In this document: positions 41,003 through 52,783 of the stretch, one piece after another
How the letters are laid out: the number at the start of each line of letters is the position of its first letter
Numbering within the stretch: the stretch's first letter is position 1
Made by a program: the position numbers and the translations under genes
From: Octopus sinensis
Taxonomy: Eukaryota
Length of the DNA: 64,000 nt
NCBI RefSeq assembly: GCF_006345805.1
Contig: NC_043013.1
Span: 36,766,001 to 36,830,000 of the forward strand
Direction: 5' to 3'
Notes under the pieces: generated by a model
The model's input: the letters and a program-made list of their open reading frames with translations, nothing else
Told to the model about the DNA's origin: nothing
The model's database searches: none

Positions 41003-41295
41003 GCCTTTGCACAGCTTCTAACGCTGGAGATATACTACAGTGTCAGCTGTTCACTACCAGTGAACTAAGGTAACACTTCTTATGTTTCGAGCACCCTCCG
41101 GAGTATTCGAGCGGTTCCAAGCAGTGCTGTTTTCTGCAAGTGCTCCACCCTTATTGCAGCCCCTATTGGTTCCACGTACTTCTCGAGATTTTTGCTCACT
41201 GTTCCCAGGGCTCCGACAATTATTGGTACTACTGCTACCTTTTTCATCGACCACAACTGCTTAACTTCCCAAGCTAACCTGTCATATCTCTCGAC

Positions 41296-41298
<3 letters not shown>
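41003..41298 (-). mobile_element. 5'-truncated Dong/R4-type RLE non-LTR retrotransposon 3' end inserted in (TAA)n
   Basis: 72 uninterrupted codons (41080-41298): KVERYDRLAWEVKQLW...VVPIIVGALG...LQKTALLGTARILRRVL, the typical C-terminus after a restriction-like endonuclease. A 77-nt 3'UTR follows, and (ATT)n lies on both sides. Confidence 0.85.
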
Positions 41299-41343
<45 letters not shown>

Positions 41344-41580
41344 GTATCGATTTCCACTCAATTAGTCAATATTTACGTTATATCGTGATTGGTCAGTAGT
41401 CAACTCACCCATTAAATTCTCGTAAGGTTGGGTAGTTTTTTTTTTTCTTGAAAACCAGTGACAGGGGAGTTAATCGATAAGTGAACTCTGGGTATAATAA
41501 AACAAGCTAAATCAAAATTAATGACATGAAAAAAAAATCGTCAAAGAAAACATTGTTTGTTTCTATAATAGTGTATTGAT

Positions 41581-41765
41581 GTTATCGTTTAGCCCCAGGC
41601 CAACACAATTTGATGATCGCTATGATCAAAAGCCTTCCAGCCATGACCTCGATGTTATATTAGGCGCTACGTTATTCAATGTTTTCTTTTACATGATGTT
41701 TGAGAGTGATTTGGGGGGAGATATAGCTACTGTTTCTAATAGGTCGAGTTACGTGTAGAGGCTTT
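41581..41765 (-). mobile_element. Family C short element
   Basis: gtttagccccaggcc...tatgatcaaaagccttccagccatgacc...tttctaataggtcgag. Confidence 0.65.
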
Positions 41766-42274
41766 CTCCTTAGCTCGTTATGCGTCTGACATAACAATCT
41801 CACCCTTTGTTCATCGTCTTTGAATGTATAAGTTCCGCCATCTTTTTCTTTTTTGTTACTGGAACAGCCTTCGTTTTTTTATGTCTTTCTGTCAAAACTC
41901 TTGCGCCTTTTCGTATGGTTTTGTGAAGCAGGCGCTGATAGTTGTGTGACGACATCCTCGCGTTTTTATGGGCTCTAGTACACCGAGCACGTGTCTTTAT
42001 CTAAAACAACTTTGCATGTTTGTGTAACAATATTGTAATATTTGTGTGACAGCCTTTCTGTCAAACCCCTTGTGATTTTTCTTACCAACACTGTAATTTT
42101 TTCCCTTTTTATTTTGTTTTGTCCTGTGTAGTAGAGTTGAATAATTTGTGTAACAACAGCTTTATGTTTTGGCCCCCATCAGACGCGTGTCTTTGCATCA
42201 ATCAAACACTGCGTGTGGTGTTTGTGTAACGACCTTGCGTAACAACTTTCTTTGTGTAACAACCTTAGCCTTTC

Positions 42275-42451
42275 TGCGGTCGCTCGACATGCTAGAAAGA
42301 ACAGCCAAATCTCCCTCGGACCACACCACACTACACTATTTTGAAGAAGGAAAACACTTATTTACGCATTCTTATACACCACTATAAAACAGGATGGTCC
42401 TCACTGAATCATCTGCTTGATCAAGTCTGGCCCGGGGCTAAACACCAGTAA
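42275..42451 (+). mobile_element. Family C short element
   Basis: ggtcgctcgacatgctagaaagaacagccaaatctccctc...tggcccggggctaaacacc. Confidence 0.7.
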
Positions 42452-43731
42452 CATTAATTCTATGTCTTTAGCAAATAGAAAGCTTCCTGCTTTTGTTGTG
42501 ACAACAACCCTGACTTTAGTGCACCGGTCGTTTACCTTTATGTGAATATATATATATATATATATATTTCTCAGTGACAAAACAGAAAACTGCATTATAG
42601 CTATAGCTGTTGTAGTCTATCTCTAGGGAAGATCTGATTAACTAACTAGATCAGATCATCAACTACGGTCGCCTGAATAGGCGGAAGTGTGATATATCTG
42701 GATCTGTGGATTGCACTTAAATCGTTCGGTTGACTGCTTGTGTGCGCGAAACGGAAGAGTATTTTAGGCATTGGTGTCATTCTACGGTGTCTGGTGTAAC
42801 TTAGCCTACAAACAACAGACGTATCACGGAATCGGAACTACCCAGAGACGACATCTGCTGTGAAAAACAATAGTTAGGTTAGTGATAGCCTATTCAATAC
42901 TGTAATTATCGAAAAGCTAAATAGAAATAATTACGCGGTTAAGCGAAATGAAATATATGGTTGGTATTTGCGAGCGGTATTCTCTCGTAGATAAATAACA
43001 TTTTCTGCTGTAGGCACAAGGGCTGAAATTTGGGAGGAGGGTTGCTGGCCAGAATCGCTGTTAGACATTCTGTGTTGATTGTTTGAGAAAGACAGCCCAT
43101 TCTTCCACTGGTTCTAATATTCCTTGTCGCTACTTTAATGCTAACCATTTTTTTTCTGTCAGGTGTAGCAACCCAAGTTTTTTTTTTTTTTTTTTTTTTT
43201 TACCCTAAGTACATCTGACCCTCTCAAGTCGCTTCCTTTATTAAAAATCTTGACAGTGGAAGGAAGGCGAATCAGTGACAACGTAATTACTCACCTACCG
43301 TAACCTTCTCTACCCTTTCTGTTTACCTACATACCTGTCTGTTGGTAGCATGATAGCCTGGGTGGGGGGGATCGGGGGTGGAGGTGGGTGGAGGTGTACT
43401 ATGAAGAAGTAGCACAACTAGGTAAACTTAACCGCCTGTCAACTCGCTCATTCACTCACCCACCGACCGACCAATCCGACACCCTTTCGCCACCACCACC
43501 ACCACCACCACCCCTATAGCTCTCGTAGAGTGCTTTAGTATTCTGATCTCTTTTATGATGTTTCTTCCCCCAGCCCCGCCCCCTCTCTCACCCTTCTCAA
43601 TTAAAATAAAATAAATAAAAGACCTGTAGATTAAAACAAAAAGCAATATAGCAGTATCGGGTCTCGATATTAAATAACAAATAAACTAAAAAAAACAAAC
43701 AAAAAAAAAAGGGCCAGAAACAACTGACATC

Positions 43732-43763
<32 letters not shown>

Positions 43764-44133
43764 CCCCTCCCCCCCCCACAAAAAAAAAGAACTGAAAAAA
43801 AAAAAAACAGCAGCAGAACCAACAGCAAACATCTTTGTTAACGAACTGTGCACCACATGCAAGTAACAACTGCAACAGCAACAACAACAGCAGCAGCAAC
43901 GTTTAACCACAAGTGGAATCAGATGAAAGAAAGCGAAAGACTGGAGGTAAATGTGTTGGGGAAGTGCTGCATGGAAGTGGTGCTTGTCTTCGTTCTGTAC
44001 AGATAGGTAGTCTGTCTCCACTGGTACTTCCCCTCCCCCCCTTCCCTTTCCCATCCCACCCAACTCCTTCCAAGTCTGTCGCGGCATCTTTTACTTCTTC
44101 ATCTTAACCTTCCTCATTTCTCATTTCATCACG

Positions 44134-44214
<81 letters not shown>

Positions 44215-44216
<2 letters not shown>

Positions 44217-44596
44217 CTCTTTTACTTGTTCAGTCATTTGACTGCGACCATGCTGGAGCACCGCCTTTAGTCGAGCAAATCGACCCCCGGGACTTATTCT
44301 TTGTAAGCCCAGTACTTATTCTATCGGTCTTTTGCCGAACCGCTAAGTGACGAGGACGTAAACACACCAGCATCGGTTGTCAAGCAATGCTAGGGGGACA
44401 AAGACACACACACAAACACATACACACACACATATATATATACATATATGCGACAGGCTTCTTTCAGTTTCCGTCTTCCAAATCCACTCCCGAGGCTATA
44501 GCAGAAAACACTTGCCCAAGATGCCACGCAATAGAACTGAACCCGGAACCATGTAGTTGATTAGCAAGCTACTTACCACACAGCCACACCTGCGCC
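44215..44596 (-). mobile_element. Young family B SINE with a small internal deletion; a decayed opposite-strand B copy follows at ~44615-44860
   Basis: Near-exact reverse complement of 27639-28042, with a full head (ggcgcaggtgtggctgtgtggtaagtagc). Confidence 0.88.
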
Positions 44597-44956
44597 TGAT
44601 ACGTTTACTGCAGGTGCTGGCATGGTTGTGTAAGTGGAGGGGAAAATAAAACTTACTTCCCATCCACTTGACTCCAGATTCAGTCCTGTTGCGCGGCACC
44701 TTCGGGCTCGCGGTCCTGCTGCGGTAGCACTTTCGGGCATGTAGCCCTACTGTGTTGTACCTATAGCTGCAGACCGACCGAAGTCCTGTAAATGAAACCG
44801 CCTTGTGTATAACTGGCGGTGCTCCAGCGTGGCCCCATCCTGAGAGTACGAGTAAAAGGAGTGTGTGTGTGTGTGTGTTTGTGTGTCTGAATTCTGATTA
44901 AGTCTCCAGGGATGCAACAGAACTAGTCAAGGAACTCTTTCTCTCCCTTTCTCTCT

Positions 44957-44992
<36 letters not shown>

Positions 44993-45898
44993 ACCACGGT
45001 CAGGGTTTCAGTTAAGAAGTTCGCTTCGCAAGTCTTCAGTTTCGGGTTCTCTCACTGCCAATGCCGTCCCTCTGACTGAGTGTCTTCCACTAAAACTTTG
45101 GGTCGAAAAATGCCCCGTGAACGCAATTTGGCAGATGGGAACTGTGCCGAAACATATGTAACACACACTGTAAGAGAAACTTCTACAGGAGTACTTTGCC
45201 TCGTATTGTCTTTTTTCTTTGTTTCTTTCTTTTTTTTTTTTTGTCGTGTGTTTAGATTTGTTTTCTGCGTACATGTCCGTCGTATATTAATTACTCTCTT
45301 ATATATGGACCTACTTACAAATCTATGCATCGCTGTCTCTTCATCGCTCCCCCCCTTACACACATACATACATATTAAATGAATCGGTTCCAAGAAAATC
45401 AACTATCTCTCTCCTTCTCTGTCTCTCTCCCTCTCTCTTTCTTTCTCTCTCTCTCTCTCTCTCTCTCTCCTCTCTCCGTATATGTGTATGTGAGTGTGTA
45501 GCAAAAATGTGAGACGGCTTGGTATCAAAGTACACTGAAACAAAAGAGCCCTACCTTCGTTGCTATGTTAACAATTCCGGGGTGGCGAGCAGGTATCATT
45601 TTTGTCTAATTTGTTTAATAAAAACACGTACGTTCGTAAATCCATACCAACACACACACACACACACACACATACACGCACGAAGAATGTTATGTGCTCT
45701 CACCTGAAAACATAGTTGCGCATACACGCACACTCACAAACACACACTTACAAACTCACACACACAATTAATTGTCTTTTCTTTTGTTTCAATCTAGACT
45801 CTTCATTTGGCAAACATTTGATCACATACCACATACCACATACACCCACCTACCTCATTCACATATTCACACTACTACTAACATATTCTATACAGATA

Positions 45899-45947
<49 letters not shown>

Positions 45948-46557
45948 TATAATACCAGTTTAAATCTTCAGATAAGCGTATAAAAAGTACAATTGTCTTC
46001 GCCCACCATCAAAAAAAATATATATAATTAAATAAAAAGAAATACGAGAATCTAAGAAAAAAAAAACAGCATACAACCTGACACGAACGCATACCCACGT
46101 AAGCATAAGGGTGTGTGCTTGTACACACACGCGCGCGCACGGAGGTTACCAGCTTCGACTTTGGTTTTGGGTTCAGCCTGGCACATATTTTTTCGATATA
46201 TGATTGTCGAACCGCTAAGTTACTGAACATAAGGAACATAGCGAAATATCACAATTTTTTTTTTTTTTTTTTTTTTTGTCGTTTTGATTTTTAAACAACC
46301 CCCTTAGAAACATAACGTATACGATGACATTCTTGAACGAGTTTGTCTCTTTGAAATTCTGCCCCAGAGATGTTTGTCAACCCCAGATCTATAGTAAGAA
46401 GGAAGGCATTTGCTGGGGGTTCCGCTGACTGGAATCGATCATGGTTGTAAAGAGAACTCTTAAAAACAATATGTATGTATGTTATACACACACACACATT
46501 ACGTTATAATATTATCTTATGTATACGTCTGTATGTGTATGTGTGTATTATATACAT

Positions 46558-46610
<53 letters not shown>

Positions 46611-46969
46611 GCACAAACGAACTATATATCACTTATGCATGTGTCTATGTAAGACTGGCGGAGAGAGAGAGAGACAGAGACAGAGGCAGAGGGGGGAAAA
46701 AATTAATGAAGAAAGGTAAAGAAAAATTCGCAGACTTGAATAACAAAATAAAATAATAATTAAGGTAAAGTGAACAAAGGAACAACAACAGACGAGAAAC
46801 AGAAACTAAAAGATAATTAGTATAAAAAATATAATACAACAACACACTAGGAAAAAAAATATATAAAAAGCAAAAAAAGAAACAAAAACAAAAACAACAA
46901 AACAATGCCCCATTGAGAGACGGCGGCGGGGGTTGATAGGTATACACACAAACGCATACATACATGTGT

Positions 46970-47007
<38 letters not shown>

Positions 47008-47404
47008 CTCTCACACACACACACACAAGAGAGCGAGAGAGAGAGAGAACAGTTTGTAATTATGTTGGCTTGTCTGAGAAATAAAGTGTGAAACAAGACT
47101 AGCTTGTGTTATTTCTATGAAAAACATCGACTCTAGTGAAGCAAAGAAGCTTTGCTACAGTAGTTTGGCGGCGGGGTTTGTTGGAGGGCGGGGAAGATGT
47201 AGCGGAGAAAAATCCAATTAAACACTACTTAATTACTAACACACAACTATTAACCTGTTTTTTCTTTTTTATTTCATTGTTTTGCTCGTGTTTTTTGTCG
47301 TTATTTTTTTTTTGTTTGTTTCTGGTTCTATTTTTTTTTTTTTTTACGTTCATTATTATTGTTTGTTTTTGTTTGTTTAATTATCATTAACATGTAATGT
47401 CCTC

Positions 47405-47437
47405 TCTTCTGTCGCCCTTGTGGCAATTAATAAGACG

Positions 47438-47488
<51 letters not shown>

Positions 47489-47701
47489 TAAGGCGGCGGG
47501 TTGGCAGAATCGTTAGCACGCCAGGTAAAAAAGGCTTAGCAGTATTTCAGCCATCTTCGTGTTCTGAGTTCAAATTCCGCCGAGGTCGATTTTACCTTTC
47601 ATTCTTTCGGGGTCGATGAATTAAGTACCAGGGGTCGATATGATCGATTATTCCCCTTCCCTACAAAAATCCAGCCCTTGTGTCTATAGTAGAAAGGATT
47701 A

Positions 47702-47762
<61 letters not shown>

Positions 47763-48655
47763 TAAGGCGGCGAGCTGACAGTATCGTTAGCACGCCGGCG
47801 AAATGTTTAGCGATATTTTGTCTGCTGCTATGTTCTGAGTTCAAATTCCGCCGATGTCGACTTTGCCTTTCATCCTTTCGGGGTCGATAAATTAAGTACC
47901 AGTTACGCACTGGGGTCGATGTAATCGACTTAATACCTATGTCTGTCCTTGTTTGTCCCCTCTGTGGGTAATAAAGAAATAGGTATTTTGTCTGCTGCTA
48001 TGTTCTGAGTTCAAATTCCGCCGATGTCGACTTTGCCTTTCATCCTTTCGCGGTCGATAAAATAAGTACCAGCCGATCCCTGGGAGTCGGTGTAATCTGT
48101 TTAACCCCCTCCTCCAAAGCTGTTGGCCTTGTGCCAAAATTTGAAATCATTATTGTTGTTGTTGTTGTTCAGGCAGCGAGCTGGTAGATTCGTTAGAATA
48201 CCGGACAAAATGCTTTTTGCGGAATTTCGTTCGTCTTCTTCACTCCCTGAGTTCAAATTTCGCTGAGGTCGACTTTTGCTTTCATTCCTTTCGGGGGTCG
48301 ATGAAATAAGTACCAGTTGAGCACTGGGGTCGATGCAACTGACTAGTGCCTTCTCCCTTAGAATTTCCAGCCTTGTGCCTGAAGTAAAAAGGAAGAATTA
48401 TTATTGTCATTATTGTTGTTCTGGCAGTGGCAGAATCCTCAAAGCGCCGGAATGGAAAATGCCTTGTGTTATTCATTCTCTCTTGCTCTTTATATTCTAA
48501 GTTGAAATCCTGCCGAGGTCAGCTTTTACCCTTTCCGCCCTTTTCGCGGTCGATAAAATAAAGTACAAATTAGATTTCTGGGTTCGGTGGCATATCGTCT
48601 ATCCTCTTCCCCTCGCAATTGCTGGCCTCGTGCCTATAAATTAAGAACAATTATT
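47405..48655 (+). mobile_element. Head-to-tail array of family A SINEs (tail remnant, 47490-47700, 47764-48148 compound, 48171-48395, 48421-48650)
   Basis: Repeated ggcggcgagctggcagaatcg heads, each preceded by (ATT)n or (GTT)n. Divergence varies between copies. Confidence 0.88.
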
Positions 48656-49151
48656 GTTCTATTGCATCTTTTATTATTTTTTTTTTTGCAATACAGCCGA
48701 GGAACAAAAAAAATTAATAAACAACAAAATATATACAATGGCAACAACAACAACAACAAGCAGCAGCAATTGTTTTCTGGTCTTTGATGATTAATGGTGA
48801 ATGGGACAGACAGGTGTGATGAGCGATTGTATTTGTTGTTGGTGGAGGTTTTTTTTTTATGTCTGTTTTTATTTTGGTGCCACAGCAAGTATTTTATTTA
48901 GTGGCGTCTTTTCTCACTGTCGTTTACTACTACTACTACTACTAATACTAATACTAATACTTCTACTACTACTACTATTACTACTACTACTGGTGGTGCT
49001 GCTGCGTAAGATATGCATACGTATAGACATGGTTCTGTTCGTGTGTATGTATTTGTGTGTACACACATACACAAAAACAAATATATGTCAGTATGGATTG
49101 TTATACACGTATGTATGAATGTATGTATGTATGTGTATGTATGTATATATA

Positions 49152-49211
<60 letters not shown>

Positions 49212-51974
49212 GGGAGGAGCTGTCTGTCTGAGTTAAACTAGTTCATAGCGTCTCCCCAGCAGTTTCCTGATGTCATTAACAACAGAAATTACCTAGGCTG
49301 TATGTGTGTGTGTGTGTGTACGTACCACTTCGCGGTTGCTCGCGTTTGCATCTGTTGTGCTAGTTTTCATTGTTGTCAATATGTTAAGGGTGTCGTCGTA
49401 GCTTAGCGGTTATCGATTCACGCTGCTTTGTGTATTTCTTGTTAGTCTTTCTTACCTGGTTTATTTCTTTATTTGTTTTATTTATTTATTTATTACACTA
49501 CACAAACTGCTTCTGATGAGTGCCTTGAGGTTCTTTCTTTGACTCTATGAATATTTTATCGGAGTTTAATTTCTCCACTGTCAATTATTGCAACTATTTA
49601 TTTATTTATTTATTCATTTTTTGTATATATAATATTCTGCAATATCGCTAAAAGAAACCCCTCTATACTCGAAGAGGCGGTAACGTCACATATGTTATGT
49701 AGGGTTTTTGTTGGGGGAACCGCGCGGAAAACCCTAACTGCTTCATCCTTCACCGCTACTTTGTTACCTGAGCACAATGAGGCCCCCAAATTAAAATTTA
49801 AGCAATTGCTTGCAATTTCTTGAAATCAAATTCCCCACCCCACCCCCACCCAGCGTCAGTAATTAGTCTGAAAGTTGTTACGAACATTGATTTGAAATGC
49901 ATTGAAAAGAGGTCCGTTTAGTCGTTCTTGAATTTTTTAATTATTTTTTTTGAATAGATAATTTGAGTACAATTATACTTTAAATCATCGTTCACATATC
50001 TGTAGGCTGTAAGTCCCTTAAGCTCTTACTTTTAATCCGTGTGCATTTCCAACTCCAGCATTCAAAGTTTGGTTGCTGGGGGTGACCTACATTCAATTGT
50101 CGATTATGTAATTCTTCATTTCAGTTGGGTTTTAAAATCACCATCTTTTTCGTTGGTGGAGTAGAGTTTGCCTGTTCTAATCCACCGGCAGTTTCAATGC
50201 TACCTCAAAAAAAAGCGTTGAATATTGTTTGCGTCTACTCCTAAGTATGCAGTTGGTTAGCACCAGCTTTACACATGAGCAAAAGTATCCCAACCACGAC
50301 CATCCATTTTTTTATAGCATAGTATATCTAATTCCATATTATCTAGTGTATATAACGGTGATTATAAAGTCTTCTCTTAAAAATTCCTTCTGTCATGCCT
50401 ATGTAACGTTTCCGTGTCACTTTTAGGTTGGCTTTACAGAGATGACTTCTTTATAGTCATCTCTAATTATCTAATTCTTAATAGTCATCTCTAAATTATC
50501 GCCTCTATGTAGTAAGATTTGTTCTGTAGGAATGTATTTGGATTCTTGCATTTGTATGTCTTCTTGAAGGCGTGAAACCTAAGGTAGCTAATTCTGTTTA
50601 CTCGTATTACTCTATGAACATCTCTAAATCCCTATCGCATGATATAATTTTTGTGGTTTTTGGTATCATTTATGAAGCATAATGACATATATAACACAGA
50701 CTGCGCATAGAAGTACTTACTTGCGCGCGCAAATATGAGCATACGTTCGTGCAATTGTACGGGATAGCTGCGATGGTCTGGTGTAAAAGAGCTTGTAAGC
50801 ATTGTTTTGGAAGTAATATATATGCAGTGTGGTGTATGTGTGCGAGTGAGTGGGATGAGATTTGAGATATTTATGAGGTAGATAAATTCAATTAAGCTGT
50901 AGAATTTGTAAATGTGGGACTGGGAAAGTGGGGGACAGCCAAGAAAATTTTAATTAAAATCACAACCGTAGCGAGGGAGAAACTCGTTAGCATAATGGTC
51001 AAACGAGGCAGGGGAGACAACCCTGGATTTTATTTTAAATAAAAATGAATCAAAAGCGAATATGAGCATTCTTTGAGGACTTTTTATGATGACAACTCTA
51101 TTCGTGGCTTAAGACCTCCCACACTGAGATATATTTTGACGGAGCTATATATGTAGTACTTGAATGGGTGTCTACCTAGTTTTCAGTAGCAAGTTATGCG
51201 TGGTGTAGTGTGATTATACGAAGTGGGAGGTTGGCTGGTGCGTCCAAGTAGAGATAGAGTTATTGTATTGTCACAAGCTAGGAGATCCTTGTTTAAGCAG
51301 ATCTGTGATCAAAGGCATGCCACCCGAGTTCCACTTAATCTCTTTGTATAATAGGACTCCTATATCGAATGTCACCTTTTTTGTTTGTTTCGTTCTTTTT
51401 CTTTTTTTTTTTTTAAAGATAGCAGAATGAGATTGAAGATTTGGTTGCTAGTTCTAGCAAGTTCAGTGACTGTGTAAAAACTTCCATTATATTATTGGCG
51501 ATGTCATTAGTGTAAGTTTCGAGACATCTTCGTTATTGATGGTCCTGCTTGTGTGTGTGTGTGTGTATGTGTGTTTGCTCGCGCCTGTGTGGTTTTAGTT
51601 GAGGTGGGCGACCGACGTGGTTGTGCTGGAGAAGTGGTAAGGGGAGGTGAAGCGCCCTGGGTGATGAGTTTAGTTGACAGGCGAGCCATGTTTAAGTTGT
51701 AAACATCCACAGTAAAGGTCATTGTAATTCTCTTTTTCTCTTTTATATTTTTCTCTGCTATTGCACCCAGAACTTCACACTAGAAATGTGTAATTATATG
51801 TATGCATACGGGATTTGTATGTTTCTGCATAAGTATATATACATACATACATATGTTTACCATTTAGATATATATGAGTATGTCTAGATATGCAACTATA
51901 TGCATGAGAATACATAGATAAAGAAAAACGTACAAATCTGCACATACATACATACATACATACATACATACATA

Positions 51975-52085
51975 CCATGTTGTTGATGTTGAAATTCCAA
52001 TGGAGGATCCTTGAATCTAGGTTAGAAACCGACTCTTTCTCTATTGGCAAGAAATCTTGAATTAAAACTGAACAATGACATACAT
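51975..52085. mobile_element. Interspersed repeat family E
   Basis: Aligns with 8928-9045; flanked by (CATA)n. Confidence 0.75.
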
Positions 52086-52783
52086 CGCCATGTATACATT
52101 GTCTCATGGTTCCTCGTATGTATGTATGTATGTATGTATGTATGTATGTATGTATGTATGTATGTTTGTATGTATGTATGTATGTATGTATGTATGCATG
52201 TATGTATGTATGTAGGTGTGCATGTATGTATGTACATGAATGTAGGTGTGCATGTATGTATGTATGTATGTATGTAGTCAACAGATGAGATCCAGAGATT
52301 CTCAGAATAGAAAACACTTTGTAGCGCTCAAATGATTCGAACTGAGACAGGAGGGGACCAATTCCACGGCGTAAAGGGTGGCCGGCTATAAGAGAAGTCA
52401 GGGTGGGTATATATGTATACAGTGTCTCGTGGCTTCTCGTGTATGTGAGTGAGTGAGTGAGTGAGTTCGCGCGCTAGTTAGTGTGTTAGATAGTGAAAGC
52501 AGTTTCATGTCATGTCTGCCCTTACAGTCTTCAGAAAATTAACAACTAATGTCACACAATGTGATTTTGTAATTATGTAAAACAGTCGGCATCAACCATA
52601 TCTCTTACACGATTTATCAATGATTGCGGCGAGGTGTCTGTAGGTCTACATTGTATATGCACCAAACTCCGACCACATGGCAAAGGAGAACTTAACGAAA
52701 GGTTAAATTTCCTTCTTGTCCATGACACTCTTGTCTTTTATTTTATGTACTGAGTTTTGCCGACGACGTGGCTGATTATTGTA

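Noticed and set aside
43865-43925. CAA/CAG run reading as polyQ, suggestive of a ZFHX exon
   Set aside because: Stops lie on both sides in that frame and there are no convincing splice sites.
47405-48655. Repeat-spacer appearance (CRISPR-like)
   Set aside because: Eukaryotic locus; the units are ~200-bp SINEs joined by simple-repeat tails, with no cas genes.
51698-51708. TGTAAACATCC equals the 5' end of vertebrate miR-30
   Set aside because: Only an 11-nt match, no precursor hairpin, and the family is not expected in molluscs; better read as a Fox site or chance.
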